Positions 41,018 through 52,914 of a stretch of 64,000 nucleotides of DNA are shown in pieces. This DNA comes from an uncultured delta proteobacterium (GTDB lineage Bacteria > Myxococcota_A > UBA9160 > SMWR01). The stretch's first letter is position 1. Every line of letters starts with the position of its first letter. Made by a program: the position numbers and the translations under genes. Below the pieces are notes generated by a model that was not told the DNA's origin, did not search any database, and saw nothing but the letters and a program-made list of their open reading frames with translations. Where the stretch lies: contig CAWHTE010000011.1 of assembly GCA_963832165.1 (NCBI GenBank), positions 96,001 to 160,000 on the forward strand, read 5' to 3'.

Positions 41018-41725
41018 ATGCGTCATTCGGGAAAACAGCTCGAGCTCGATCGGGTCCGACACGGCGGACGAAGGCCCGGCGCCGGACGGAAGGCTGGCCC
41101 GAATTCGCGGATCCGGCATCGATCGCGCAGATCATTCGCCCGTCGGCTTCCGTGTCATGTCACGCTGAAGGTGCGAGCCGGCATGCCGTCGCTGCGCACG
41201 GTGCGGCTCGTGCGCGAGATGGAGCGAAGCTTCGCAATCGGGTGCGAGCGCGAAGACTTTCGGCTGGCCCACTACTCGATCCAGGGGAATCACGTTCATT
41301 TGATCGTGGAAGCCGACAATGAAAACGCGCTCGGTCGAGGGATGAAGGCACTCGGGGCGCGGATCGCCCGAGCCGTGAACAGAATCTTTAGGCGATCGGG
41401 GCCGGTTCTGGCCGATCGCTACCACGTGCGCATGCTCCGCACGCCGCGCGAGGTGCGGAATGCGCTCGCCTACGTGCTCCTGAACGCCCGCAGGCACGCA
41501 GCCAGGGCCGGTCGCACGCTTTCGCGTGCCTTCGGAATCGATCCCGCCTCCTCGGGGCGTTGGTTCGATGGGTGGAGAAACGCAATCCCGGAAACCTGGC
41601 CTTCGCCTCCGGTCGCGTTGCCCCGGAGCTGGCTGCTCGCTGTCGGCTGGAGGAGGAACGGGCTTCTGACGCTGGATGAAACTCCAGGTGCGCTCGCATG
41701 CCGCCGTGCCACGAAAGAAGAATGA
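41018..41725 (+). CDS. HUH Y1 transposase (RAYT-like/IS200-related)
   Basis: PCHVTL, NHVHLIVEA (HUH) and DRYH...AYVLLN (catalytic Tyr). Confidence 0.85.
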   Translation: MRHSGKQLELDRVRHGGRRPGAGRKAGPNSRIRHRSRRSFARRLPCHVTLKVRAGMPSLRTVRLVREMERSFAIGCEREDFRLAHYSIQGNHVHLIVEADNENALGRGMKALGARIARAVNRIFRRSGPVLADRYHVRMLRTPREVRNALAYVLLNARRHAARAGRTLSRAFGIDPASSGRWFDGWRNAIPETWPSPPVALPRSWLLAVGWRRNGLLTLDETPGALACRRATKEE

Positions 41726-42219
41726 TCCGAATCTCGATCGCAGGAGCCGTGGTCCTGGTGGCGGTGGCTTGCTGGGGCCAGGCCACTGCACCGGCGCCCG
41801 CGGATCGGGTGGTCATCGAGAAGAGCGCTCGCCGACTCACGCTCTACTCCCAGGGCCGCGCCATCAGCTCCCATCGGGTTGCCCTGGGCGGAAATCCCGT
41901 CGGACACAAGCAGGAGGAGGGAGATCAGCGGACTCCCGAAGGACTGTACGTGGTAGATGCTCGCAACCCGAACAGCGCGTTCCACCGTTCCCTTCGGATC
42001 TCCTACCCCGACGATCGCGATCGAGCGCGCGCCGCAGCGGCGGGGAAGAATCCGGGCGGCCTAATCATGATTCATGGCATTCGCAATGGCCTTGGGTGGA
42101 TCGGCCGGCTGCATCGGCTCGTTGACTGGACGGACGGTTGCATCGCTGTGACGAACCGCGAAATGGATGAAATCTGGGATTCCGTGAGCGTCGGTACCCC
42201 AGTCGAGATCAGGCCCTGA
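41722..42219 (+). CDS. L,D-transpeptidase (YkuD family)
   Basis: GDQRTPEG, IMIHG and WTDGCIAV motifs. Confidence 0.93.
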   Translation: MIRISIAGAVVLVAVACWGQATAPAPADRVVIEKSARRLTLYSQGRAISSHRVALGGNPVGHKQEEGDQRTPEGLYVVDARNPNSAFHRSLRISYPDDRDRARAAAAGKNPGGLIMIHGIRNGLGWIGRLHRLVDWTDGCIAVTNREMDEIWDSVSVGTPVEIRP

Positions 42220-42307
42220 TCTCGTAGGGGCCTTCTTGCTCTCTTCTGTCCAAAGCCAAACGGCGCAACGCAAGCCGCCGAGGCTGCGATCGGGCTAGCT
42301 TCATCCC

Positions 42308-43228
42308 ATGTCGCTTCGCATCGCGCTGTTCGGCCAGGCTCCGTTCGGACGCGACGCGCTCGTGCGTCTGCTCGACGCGGGGCACGACGTGGTGGGCGTC
42401 TACACGCCGCCCGCGGGCGCTCGCCCCGATCCACTCGCGGCCGAGGCCGAGCAGCGCGGCCTCGCGCTGTTCCGCCACGCGCGTTTCCGCCGCAAGGGCG
42501 TCGCGATCCCCGAGCTCGTCGAAGAGCACCGCAAGCTCGGCGCCGAGCTCAACGTGCTCGCTTTCGTCACGGTGATCCTGCCGCCCGAGATCGTCGACGC
42601 GCCGCGCCACGGCTCGCTCTGCTTCCACCCGTCGCTCCTGCCGCGCTACCGCGGCGGGAATGCGCTCGCATGGCAGATCCTGCTCGGCGCGACCGAAGCC
42701 GGTGTCACGGTGTTCCGGCCCGACGCAGGCGTCGACACGGGGCCGATCGTCGTGCAGAAGGGTGGCGTGCCGATCTCGCCCACCGACACCGCCGCGAGTC
42801 TCTATTTCGACAAGCTCTATCCGCTCGGCCTCGACGCGATCGCCGAGGCGGTCGCCGCGATCGACGCGGGCACTGCGGTGTCGCGTGCGCAGAGCGAAGC
42901 CGAGGCGAGCCACCAGGGGCTCGTCGACGATCAGGTGGCGCGGCTCGACTTCGCCAGGAGCGCAGCGGAGCTCGACCGCTGGATCCGAGGCTGCGATCCG
43001 CAGCCGGGCGCGTGGGCGCAGCGCGGCGACGAGATCGTGCGCTGCTTCGACGGATCGCTCGCGGCGGGCGGCGCCGCGGCGGCCGCGGGCGAGGTGGTTC
43101 GGATCGAAGACGGCGCCGCGTTCGTCGCGGCGCGCGACGGGCTCGTGCGCGTGGGCCGCGTGCGCGTCGGCGACGGCGCGAAGCAGCCCGCCGCGGAGGC
43201 TCTCCGCGTAGGAGACCGGCTCCACTGA
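42308..43228 (+). CDS. Formyltransferase, Fmt-like paralog
   Basis: FGQAPFG, FHPSLLPRYRG, VDTGPI and IRGCDPQPGAW motifs. Confidence 0.88.
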   Translation: MSLRIALFGQAPFGRDALVRLLDAGHDVVGVYTPPAGARPDPLAAEAEQRGLALFRHARFRRKGVAIPELVEEHRKLGAELNVLAFVTVILPPEIVDAPRHGSLCFHPSLLPRYRGGNALAWQILLGATEAGVTVFRPDAGVDTGPIVVQKGGVPISPTDTAASLYFDKLYPLGLDAIAEAVAAIDAGTAVSRAQSEAEASHQGLVDDQVARLDFARSAAELDRWIRGCDPQPGAWAQRGDEIVRCFDGSLAAGGAAAAAGEVVRIEDGAAFVAARDGLVRVGRVRVGDGAKQPAAEALRVGDRLH

Positions 43229-43941
43229 GTGACGACGCGCTGCGGAGCTTCGCATCGATGCTCGACGCCGCGGGACTCGGTCTGCGCGGCGCGATCGAGA
43301 TCGCGCGCTACGACGAAGCGGTTCCCGGAGCGTGGCGCAGCGCGGCGATCCTGCCGCACGCGCGCACGGCGATCGTGGTCGCGAGCGGCGGCCGTTCGCT
43401 CTGGGATGCGTTCGCTCGAGCGCCGGAGTTCGGCGCGGCCACCGATCCACTCGACGCCTACACGCGCCGCATCACGGAAGCCGCCACCGCGCAGCTCGAG
43501 CCGCAAGTTTCGCGCAGCGAGCGCAAGTTTCGCGCAGCGAGCCGAAGGCGAGCGAAGACCATCGGGCCTGCGAGCGAAGGCCATCGGCGTGGCGGAGCTC
43601 GCGCGCTGTTCGCGTTCGAGCGGTGGGGCGGCGTCTATGCGGACTTCGTGGTGCTCGGGCGGCTCGCGGGGCTCGGCGCACCGAGCCGCCTGGGCCTCCT
43701 GCTCCATCCCCTCTATGGGCCGTGGACGTCCCTGCGGGCGGTCGTGCTCACGAGCGGCGAGTGGGACCCTGGGCCCCCGTTGGCATTCGATCCGTGCCCC
43801 CGCTGCGCCGCCCCGTGCGCCCTGGCGCCTTCCTACGCCGCCGCGCGCCGCGCGTGTGTGATTGGCCCCGAGCACATCTATTCCGAGGCCGCGCTGGCAC
43901 ACCACGCACGCCACGCCTCGGCGGGCCCGTCCGCTCGCTGA
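43225..43941 (+). CDS. QueG/CblC-like hypothetical protein with an in-frame repeat insertion (start CTG 43225 or ATG 43258)
   Basis: DPLDAYT, AGLGAPSRLGLLLHPLYGPW.SLRA, PC..C.APC and ARRACVIG motifs. Confidence 0.7.
   Translation: MSDDALRSFASMLDAAGLGLRGAIEIARYDEAVPGAWRSAAILPHARTAIVVASGGRSLWDAFARAPEFGAATDPLDAYTRRITEAATAQLEPQVSRSERKFRAASRRRAKTIGPASEGHRRGGARALFAFERWGGVYADFVVLGRLAGLGAPSRLGLLLHPLYGPWTSLRAVVLTSGEWDPGPPLAFDPCPRCAAPCALAPSYAAARRACVIGPEHIYSEAALAHHARHASAGPSAR
43502..43563 (+). repeat. Dispersed repeat family B, copy 2 (intragenic), including a 2x20-bp tandem
   Basis: CGCAAGTTTCGCGCAGCGAG at 43502-43521 and 43522-43541; match to 39815-39869. Confidence 0.85.
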
Positions 43942-43969
43942 CCCGCCCGGCGCACCCTCGCGCAACCCA

Positions 43970-43997
43970 TTGAAAAACCCCTTGCCACCTCTAAACT
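43970..43997 (+). promoter_or_regulatory. Candidate sigma70 promoter for fusA
   Basis: TTGAAA, 16 bp, then TAAACT in an AT-rich patch about 200 bp upstream of fusA. Confidence 0.55.
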
Positions 43998-44202
43998 TCC
44001 GCGCCTCGCCCGCCGAACCAAGAGCCCGCACGCGGGCGACCCTGCGGTCGGCAGCGCAGACCCCCAGCACAGAACAAGCGGGCTCCACGCGCGTGGAGCT
44101 CATCACCCGGCGCGGTACGGCGGGAAACGGCCGCGGATCGGGCGCTATCCATATCGATACCCGCACGCGCGGCCCGAACGCGCGAAGGCACGAGGCGAAG
44201 CC

Positions 44203-46287
<2,085 letters not shown>

Positions 46288-46318
46288 CGGCAAGCTTCGA
46301 CATGCGGGAGGACCTCCA

Positions 46319-47008
46319 TTGAAGCGACGATTCCTGAATGCGCGCAGCCCGCTGCGCCTGCTCGAGAAGGGTCTCCACGGCGGACTGGGCGCGGGCAATC
46401 TCGGCGTCGTGATCGCGGCGCACGGCGTCGGCAAGACCTCGTTCCTGGTGGGCGTCGCCATGGACGAGCTGTTGCGCGAGGGGCGCGTGCTGCACGCATC
46501 GTGCTCCCACTCCGTGAACCACGTGCGCGCGCACTACGACACGGTCTACGACGAGCTCGCCCAGTCGAAGCACCTCGAAGACCTCGGCATGATCCGCAGC
46601 GAGATCGACCGTCACCGCTCGATCCGCGTCTATCCGCCCAACACGCTCACGCCCGGCAAGCTGCGCGACGCCGTGAAGCTGGCGCGCGAAGCAGACGCCG
46701 CGCCGTCGCTGATCGTGCTCGAGGGTCTCGACCTCGCGCAGCTCACGCGCGCCGACGTCGAGGATCTGCGCAGTCTCGCGCAGGAGCTGTCGGCCGAGAT
46801 CTGGCTCGAGGCGACCAGCGCCAAGGAGCGCGCGGTGGCGGTGCCCCCGGGCATCCAGCCGTTCGAGGACCTGATCAGCGTGATTCTCGCGCTGGAGCCC
46901 GGCGAAGACGTCGTCCGGCTGCGCGCGATCAAGGATCACGCCAATCCCGATGTGTCGGATCTGCACGTGTCGCTCGATCCGCGCTCGCTCTTGCTAATCC
47001 GGAGTTAG
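46319..47008 (+). CDS. RecA/KaiC-like P-loop NTPase
   Basis: GGLGAGNLGVVIAAHGVGKTS Walker A motif. Confidence 0.75.
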   Translation: MKRRFLNARSPLRLLEKGLHGGLGAGNLGVVIAAHGVGKTSFLVGVAMDELLREGRVLHASCSHSVNHVRAHYDTVYDELAQSKHLEDLGMIRSEIDRHRSIRVYPPNTLTPGKLRDAVKLAREADAAPSLIVLEGLDLAQLTRADVEDLRSLAQELSAEIWLEATSAKERAVAVPPGIQPFEDLISVILALEPGEDVVRLRAIKDHANPDVSDLHVSLDPRSLLLIRS

Positions 47009-47040
47009 GTAGCCACCAAACGCGACGAGGTCGCTGGGGA

Positions 47041-47215
47041 TTGCAGGCCGAGTCGATTGGGCTGCGCCGCGTCGCTCCGGAGGCGATCGCCGTCGTCGCC
47101 TGCTCCGTAGCCGTCGGGCTGCTCTTGTTCGCGGCGGGCCGACCCGTGGCGACGACGATCTCTGGTGGCACCTCGCCTGGGGTCAGAGCTTCGCCCGCGA
47201 AGGTCCGTGGCGCGC
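47041..47215 (+). pseudogene. Remnant of a membrane protein N-terminus
   Basis: A TM segment (AIAVVACSVAVGLLLFAA), then DDLWWHLAWGQ in a shifted frame, then a break into palindromic DNA. Confidence 0.4.
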
Positions 47216-47381
47216 CGCGAGAGTGGCTCGCGCCCCGCTCGCGTGCGCGGCGCTGATCCGCCGAACAGGCGCGTTCGATCGCGAGCGAGCTCGCTTCGCC
47301 CCCGGTGTGGTGAGTCCACGCACACGAAGTGGAAGGGCGAGAAGGCAGCGGATAGAGACGTTTCGCGTATGATCTGCCCCC

Positions 47382-48203
47382 ATGCGTAACCTGTCCGCGC
47401 TGCTCATTGCAGCGTTCGTGCTCGGCGGTTGTCAGGTGCCAGGGGTCTCCGCGGATCGGGGTGTCGCGACCGACGCGCGATTGGATCGGATTCTCGCGAG
47501 CGGTGCGCTGCGCGTGGCCGTCTCACCCGACCGCCCACCGCTGGTCCTGAAGAACCGGAGTGGCGCGACGGTCGGCTTCGACGTGGACATCGTGGGCGCG
47601 CTCGCCGCCGCAATGGGTCTCGAGCTGGTCCTCGTGGAGGTGCCGTTTGCCGAGGTGATCCCGAGTGTGGAGAGCGGCCAGGCCGACCTCGGGATCTCCG
47701 CCCTCACGATGACGCCCGAACGCAATGCCCGGGTCGCCTTCGCGGGTCCGTATTTCGTGTCGGGCATGTCGGTGCTCGCGAAGTCGGACGCGATTACCGG
47801 CGTGGAGGCGCCCGCTGTGCTCGACGTCGACGGGCGCCGTTATGCGGCAGTGACCGACTCGACGAGCGCGAAGTTCATCGGCGACGTGTTGCCCCGTGCA
47901 AAGCTCGTCGCGGTCGAGAGTTACGACGCCGGCATTCAGATGGTGATCGATGGGAAGGTCGACGCGCTGTTCGCGGACCACCTCGTGTGCTCCATGGCGG
48001 TCTGGCGCCATCCGAAGGCCGGCCTCTCCGCGCTCGCGACACCGTTCACCGTCGAGCCGCTCGGCATCGCAGTCCCGCCCGATTCACCGCTGCTCCTCAA
48101 TCTCGTGCAGAACTACCTCGCCACGCTCGATCACACAGGCATGCTCCAGGGGTTGAAGGCGAAGTGGCTCGCGGATGGGCGCTGGATCGCGGAGTCGAAC
48201 TGA
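47382..48203 (+). CDS. Family 3 solute-binding lipoprotein
   Basis: LGGC lipobox, GFDVDI and MTPER...FAGPYF motifs. Confidence 0.9.
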   Translation: MRNLSALLIAAFVLGGCQVPGVSADRGVATDARLDRILASGALRVAVSPDRPPLVLKNRSGATVGFDVDIVGALAAAMGLELVLVEVPFAEVIPSVESGQADLGISALTMTPERNARVAFAGPYFVSGMSVLAKSDAITGVEAPAVLDVDGRRYAAVTDSTSAKFIGDVLPRAKLVAVESYDAGIQMVIDGKVDALFADHLVCSMAVWRHPKAGLSALATPFTVEPLGIAVPPDSPLLLNLVQNYLATLDHTGMLQGLKAKWLADGRWIAESN

Positions 48204-48210
48204 GCCCGCC

Positions 48211-49662
48211 ATGTCGCGCACTCGGGTGTCGATTGCCTGGCTGTGCAGCGCCGCGCTGACCGTCGCTCTCGGCTGCGCGAGCTCTCCGAAGTCGAAGGCC
48301 GATGCGCCGAAGAAGCGCACGGTGCTGATGACCGAGTACGACGATGCTCGGGTCGGCCGCGAGGGCGCCCAGGACGTGAAGTCCGAGATCGGTGTGCTCG
48401 ACGATGCAGCGCTCACCGCGTACGTCGACGGAATCGGGCGAAAGCTGCTGCGCGGCGTTCCGCTCCGCGGGTTCGATTACCAGTTCTACGTGCTCGACAT
48501 GGCCGAGCCGAACGCGTTCGCGCTCCCGGGCGGCTACATCTTCGTATCGCGCGGACTGCTCGCGCTCGCGAACAACGAGGACGAGCTCGCGTGCACGATC
48601 GGACACGAGATCACGCACGCTGCGCGCCGACACGCCGCGGCACAGCAGGCGCTCCAGGAGAGTCTGCCGTCGCTCGTGCTGCCCGGCAGCGCAGCCAAGT
48701 TCGCGTCGTACGGTCGCGAGATGGAGCGCGAAGCAGACGAAGGCGGCCAGATTCTGTGCGCCGCGGCCGGGTACGACCCGATCGGGATGTCGACGTTCTT
48801 GAACAGCCTCGCGATGTCCACTCGCCTCGAGCTGGGCCACTCGCGCAATCCGAGCTTCCTGGACACGCATCCGGGCTCGGAGGAGCGCGCGGCGGCCAAT
48901 GCGGTGCGCGCGCGCGAGATCCGCTGGCAGCGCGACCCGGCGATTGGCGATTCGCGCGCGGCGCTCTTGCAACACATCGCGGGGCTCACAGTCGGGCAGC
49001 GACCCGAAGTGGGCATCTTCGAGGGCGATCGCTTCATCCACCCCGCGATCGGCTTCACGATTCGTTTCCCGTCCGGCTGGCGGACCTCGAACTCCAACCG
49101 CGCGGTCGGCGCCGTCCAGCCGCGTGGCGAGGCGGTGGTGTTTCTCACCGCGGATTCGCCTCCGGGCGAAGTCGGGGAGGTGGCGCGCCAATGGCTCGAG
49201 CGGCAGCAGACGCCCTTCGAAGTGGAGGATTCGCGGCCTGCGAAGGTCGGCGGGTTGGATGCCTGGTACGTCGAGGCGAGTGCGGACGGCCGAGGCGGTC
49301 CGATGCTCGCGCAGCTCACGTTCATCTCGTTCCATGACGCCACCTGGCGCATAACAGGCGCGATGCCGGCCCAGCTGGCCAGCCGGCACGAGGCTGTGAT
49401 GCTCTCGACCGCGCGCAGCTTCCGCCGGCTCACGGAAGAGGACCGCAGCGGGATCGAGGTGACGCGCCTGCGCGTCGAGACCGCGCGCGCGGGAGAGGAC
49501 ATCGCCGCGCTGTCGAAGCGCTCGCGAAACGCGTGGAGCATCAACGACACGGCGGTCCACAACGGCGTGTTCGCGGATCACCGCTTCGCGGGGGGCGAGC
49601 TGGTCAAGATCACCGTGCGCGAGCCCTGGGTGGCTCGTGCGAGTCAAGGAGGAGGACGATGA
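48211..49662 (+). CDS. M48 family metalloprotease lipoprotein
   Basis: PNAFALPGG, HEITH, EREAD and THP motifs; extended C-terminus. Confidence 0.92.
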   Translation: MSRTRVSIAWLCSAALTVALGCASSPKSKADAPKKRTVLMTEYDDARVGREGAQDVKSEIGVLDDAALTAYVDGIGRKLLRGVPLRGFDYQFYVLDMAEPNAFALPGGYIFVSRGLLALANNEDELACTIGHEITHAARRHAAAQQALQESLPSLVLPGSAAKFASYGREMEREADEGGQILCAAAGYDPIGMSTFLNSLAMSTRLELGHSRNPSFLDTHPGSEERAAANAVRAREIRWQRDPAIGDSRAALLQHIAGLTVGQRPEVGIFEGDRFIHPAIGFTIRFPSGWRTSNSNRAVGAVQPRGEAVVFLTADSPPGEVGEVARQWLERQQTPFEVEDSRPAKVGGLDAWYVEASADGRGGPMLAQLTFISFHDATWRITGAMPAQLASRHEAVMLSTARSFRRLTEEDRSGIEVTRLRVETARAGEDIAALSKRSRNAWSINDTAVHNGVFADHRFAGGELVKITVREPWVARASQGGGR

Positions 49663-50222
49663 GGGGCCGAGGAACTCGAGTTTCGATGATTGCGCTCGTG
49701 GGGCTCATGGTCGCCGTGGCGTCGACCGTGCCGCGCGCTTCGACTGCGGCCTCCGCGGAGGAGCTCCGCCGCGATTCCGCTGCGGCGCTCCAGAATCTGA
49801 TCGCAACCGAGACGGCCGCGAAGCTGCTCTCCGAGAAGGCGAAGGGCATCCTGGTCTTTCCCTCGATCGTGAAGGGCGGCTTCATGGTCGGCGGGCAGAT
49901 CGGCGATGGCGCACTCTGGAAGGCCGGCAAGCTGGTCGCCTACTACAACTCGGTCGCGGCGTCATACGGACTGCAGGCCGGCATCCAGACGTTCGGCTAT
50001 GCGCTCTTCTTCATGAACGACGACGCGCTGAAGCAGCTCGACGCAACGCGTGGCTTCGAGATCGGCGTAGGCCCGAGCGTGGTCCTCGTCGACAAGGGCG
50101 CCGCGAAATCCATGACCACCAACACACTCACGAGCGACGTTTACGCCTTCGTGTTCAGTCAGAAGGGATTGATGGCCGGACTCGGGGTCCAGGGATCGAA
50201 GATCACGAAGATCGCCAAGTGA
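49659..50222 (+). CDS. YSC84/SYLF lipid-binding domain protein
   Basis: AKGILVFP, ASYGLQAG and GLMAGLGVQGSKI motifs. Confidence 0.88.
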   Translation: MRGRGTRVSMIALVGLMVAVASTVPRASTAASAEELRRDSAAALQNLIATETAAKLLSEKAKGILVFPSIVKGGFMVGGQIGDGALWKAGKLVAYYNSVAASYGLQAGIQTFGYALFFMNDDALKQLDATRGFEIGVGPSVVLVDKGAAKSMTTNTLTSDVYAFVFSQKGLMAGLGVQGSKITKIAK

Positions 50223-50419
50223 GCGAGGGCGCGGGAGCGCCGGCGGCCAGGCGGGGCGACGCGCGGAGCTTGCGAATTCCCTCCGGATCTCGCTGACATA
50301 CGCGCCGCTCGTGCACCTGCTGCGCGCTCCCCAGACCGTTCGAGGGGCGAACAGTATTCGCCGCGTTTGTCGTGTTCGGCGGGTTAAGATGGGCGCCCCA
50401 TCGATCCCCCCCGTCCACG

Positions 50420-51337
50420 ATGAAGCTGCGCCTCCCCACTGCACTGCTGCTCTCGCTCCCGCTCCTGCTCGCGGTCGCCGCATCGGCGGTGATCATCGAC
50501 ACCGGGGATGGGAGCGGAAATACGACCGCGCCCGTGCCGGATCCGGGCCTCGATCACATCGGCGTCCGAAGCAACGGCCTCACCACCGTGTACCTGGGCG
50601 ACGGCTGGATGTTGACGGCGAACCACGTCGGACCCGGCGACGTCGTGATCGGCGGCGTTCTCTATCGCTGGGCGCCCGGCAGCGCGGTGCGCCTGAGCAA
50701 CCCGGACACGAGCCTCGCCGATCTCTTGTTATTCAGGATCATTCCGCCGTATCCGCCGCTCGCGGACCTCACGATCGCGAGTGTCCCACCGCCGACCGGA
50801 AGGCTCATCGTGTTCGTCGGCAATGGGCGCAACCGCGGTGCCGATACGTCATGGGACGCGCCCGGCCCCGGATTCTACACCGGCTACCAGTGGGGCGTTG
50901 GCACTGCGCTTCGCTGGGGCACCAATTTCGTCGAGCCGACGGCGGACCTCGTGAACTACGAGGCCGCATTCGGTACGCAACTGATCTCCACGATGTTTCA
51001 CGAGTCGGGATCAGGCCACTCGACGCATGAGTCGCAGGCCGCGAATGGGGACTCGGGCGGCGCCGTGCTCTCGTGGAACGGCTCGCGCTACGACCTCGTG
51101 GGCATCATGGTCGGCATCACCACCTTCCCGTCTCAGCCCGTGGAGACCTCGCTCTACGGGAACCAGACGTTCTTCGCCGATATCTCCGTCTACCGCGACG
51201 AGATCGTCGAGGTGATGCCAGAGCCGCACGGCGCACTGTGGCTCGGCGTGGCGTTCGTCGCGCTGCTCGCTAGCGCTGGAACTCGGCGAGCTTGTCGCGA
51301 TACTGGCTGCGCAGCGAGCTCGCCTCCGCGCGCGTGA
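50420..51337 (+). CDS. Trypsin-like serine protease with a PEP-CTERM-type tail
   Basis: LTANHV, ADLLL and GDSGG triad motifs; MPEP, TM helix and RR. Confidence 0.85.
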   Translation: MKLRLPTALLLSLPLLLAVAASAVIIDTGDGSGNTTAPVPDPGLDHIGVRSNGLTTVYLGDGWMLTANHVGPGDVVIGGVLYRWAPGSAVRLSNPDTSLADLLLFRIIPPYPPLADLTIASVPPPTGRLIVFVGNGRNRGADTSWDAPGPGFYTGYQWGVGTALRWGTNFVEPTADLVNYEAAFGTQLISTMFHESGSGHSTHESQAANGDSGGAVLSWNGSRYDLVGIMVGITTFPSQPVETSLYGNQTFFADISVYRDEIVEVMPEPHGALWLGVAFVALLASAGTRRACRDTGCAASSPPRA

Positions 51338-51782
51338 AGCCGAGCTCTTCGCCGATCTTCACGATCTCGGCGCTCTCCTCGCTGCGGATCGTGCCGTCGG
51401 CGGCCGCTACTGCGTAGAGGCACGCGAGCAGGTCGGCGCGTTGCTCGCGGCTCGCGATCTGCCGGAACTCGCGCGTGACGAGATAATCCTGCGTCCCGCC
51501 GAGATGACGTGCCTGGCTCTGCGCGATCTGCACGACGAGCGCGGATTCGGCGTCGGTGAGCCCGGCGATCCGGTGCACGATGCTCTCCATCGCGGCGGTC
51601 TCGGTGGTTTCGATCCGCAGATCCGCGTTGGCGATCCGTGCCAGCACATACGCAAACGACGCGAGGTACTTCGCCTGCTCGGGCGGCAGGTGCTCGAGCT
51701 CGCGGGCGATCCGGCGGATCGTGTCGGTTTCGCTTTCGTTCGGTGCCGAACCACCGAGACCCAGGAATCGCAGCAGCGACAT
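51270..51782 (-). CDS. TerB-like family protein
   Basis: RIANADL.I...E and VAAADG.I..EE...I...LG motifs. Confidence 0.85.
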   Translation of the reverse strand: MSLLRFLGLGGSAPNESETDTIRRIARELEHLPPEQAKYLASFAYVLARIANADLRIETTETAAMESIVHRIAGLTDAESALVVQIAQSQARHLGGTQDYLVTREFRQIASREQRADLLACLYAVAAADGTIRSEESAEIVKIGEELGFTRAEASSLRSQYRDKLAEFQR

Positions 51783-51813
51783 GCGCGCTTCGTACGACGC
51801 CGCGGGGCCGCGG

Positions 51814-52146
51814 TCAAGCCCTGCCGGCGAGAGCCCGCTCGCGCGCGATCAAGAACAGCGGGAACGTGACGCTGATCGCGATCGCGAACGAGAGCGCGAC
51901 GTAGAGCCAGACGAACCGGATCGCGTGCCGGCGCGCCTCGACCACCATCCACACGATCGCGGCCGCGGTGAGGAAGAGCAGGTCGTTGCTGAGCGAGGCC
52001 GCGGCCGGACTCGCGTAGGCGTCGCTCAGAAAGGCGGACATGCTCCCGTCGGATGACGCGAAGAACGCCAGATTCTGGGACCACGTGGCGAAGAGTGCCC
52101 CGACGGCCAGCAGCCCATACACGATGCGGAGCGCTCTCGGGCTCAT
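51814..52146 (-). CDS. DUF2834-like membrane protein
   Basis: PAAASLSNDL, EARR and ISVTFPLFLIARE motifs. Confidence 0.8.
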   Translation of the reverse strand: MSPRALRIVYGLLAVGALFATWSQNLAFFASSDGSMSAFLSDAYASPAAASLSNDLLFLTAAAIVWMVVEARRHAIRFVWLYVALSFAIAISVTFPLFLIARERALAGRA

Positions 52147-52851
52147 TCAAACCTCCTCGAATCGCACCAGCGGCGCAGGACCCGGCTGCGCGGCTTTCCC
52201 GCGCTCGAGCCACCACTCCGCGGCGAGTAGCGGAATCACCCATCCCATCCACGTGGAGATCCCAGCAATCGTCCACTGCAGCAGCTGCTCGTTGCCGCCG
52301 AACGCGGTGTCGAGCTGGGGAGCGAGGATGAAGTAGGCGAGAGGTCCCCACAACCGGTTGGTGATGATCGACGCCGTCAGCGCGAAGCTGCGGATCATCC
52401 AGCGCCGGTGCTCGGCGTAGCGGCGCTGGCGCGCCATCCGGTAGCCCGTGATCGTGAACGCGAGCCAGAGCGGTGCCATGAGCGCGCTGCTCGCGCGCGC
52501 GACGGGGCCGAACGGAGAGAGCACGCCCATCGGCAGCGCCGTGAGCCCGGCCGGCAGCACACCCGCGAATACGTAGATGCGGCCGACGATGCGGTGCGCG
52601 GTGGGGTAGCGCCGGCGAAACCAGGGCCAGATCTGGAGGCAGGCCGTGAGCAGAGCGATCGAGCCGAACAGCACGTGCGCCACGAGGAGTCGATGGTGCC
52701 CCGGGAAGCTGGCGGGCACGCGCGAGCGCGCCGGGTCGCCGCTCAGGTAGGGGGGCAGCGAGAAGGCCACGAACAGGACCGCGACGATCGCGAGCGGAGC
52801 GATCCAGGGGCGCCGCCACCAGGGACGCGAGCTCGGGTGGGTAGGGTTCAC
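52147..52851 (-). CDS. DUF2306-like membrane protein
   Basis: HRIVGRIY and HRRWMIRSFAL motifs. Confidence 0.85.
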   Translation of the reverse strand: MNPTHPSSRPWWRRPWIAPLAIVAVLFVAFSLPPYLSGDPARSRVPASFPGHHRLLVAHVLFGSIALLTACLQIWPWFRRRYPTAHRIVGRIYVFAGVLPAGLTALPMGVLSPFGPVARASSALMAPLWLAFTITGYRMARQRRYAEHRRWMIRSFALTASIITNRLWGPLAYFILAPQLDTAFGGNEQLLQWTIAGISTWMGWVIPLLAAEWWLERGKAAQPGPAPLVRFEEV

Positions 52852-52856
52852 GACGA

Positions 52857-52895
52857 ATGCGTATATCATACGCATATAGTGAGTGCCATACGCAT
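52857..52895. promoter_or_regulatory. Putative TetR operator(s)
   Basis: Perfect inverted repeat ATGCGTAT-ATC-ATACGCAT (52857-52875) and a second CATACGCAT half-site (52887-52895) between divergent genes. Confidence 0.75.
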
Positions 52896-52914
52896 CCCGT
52901 ATCCTCGCGGCGAA

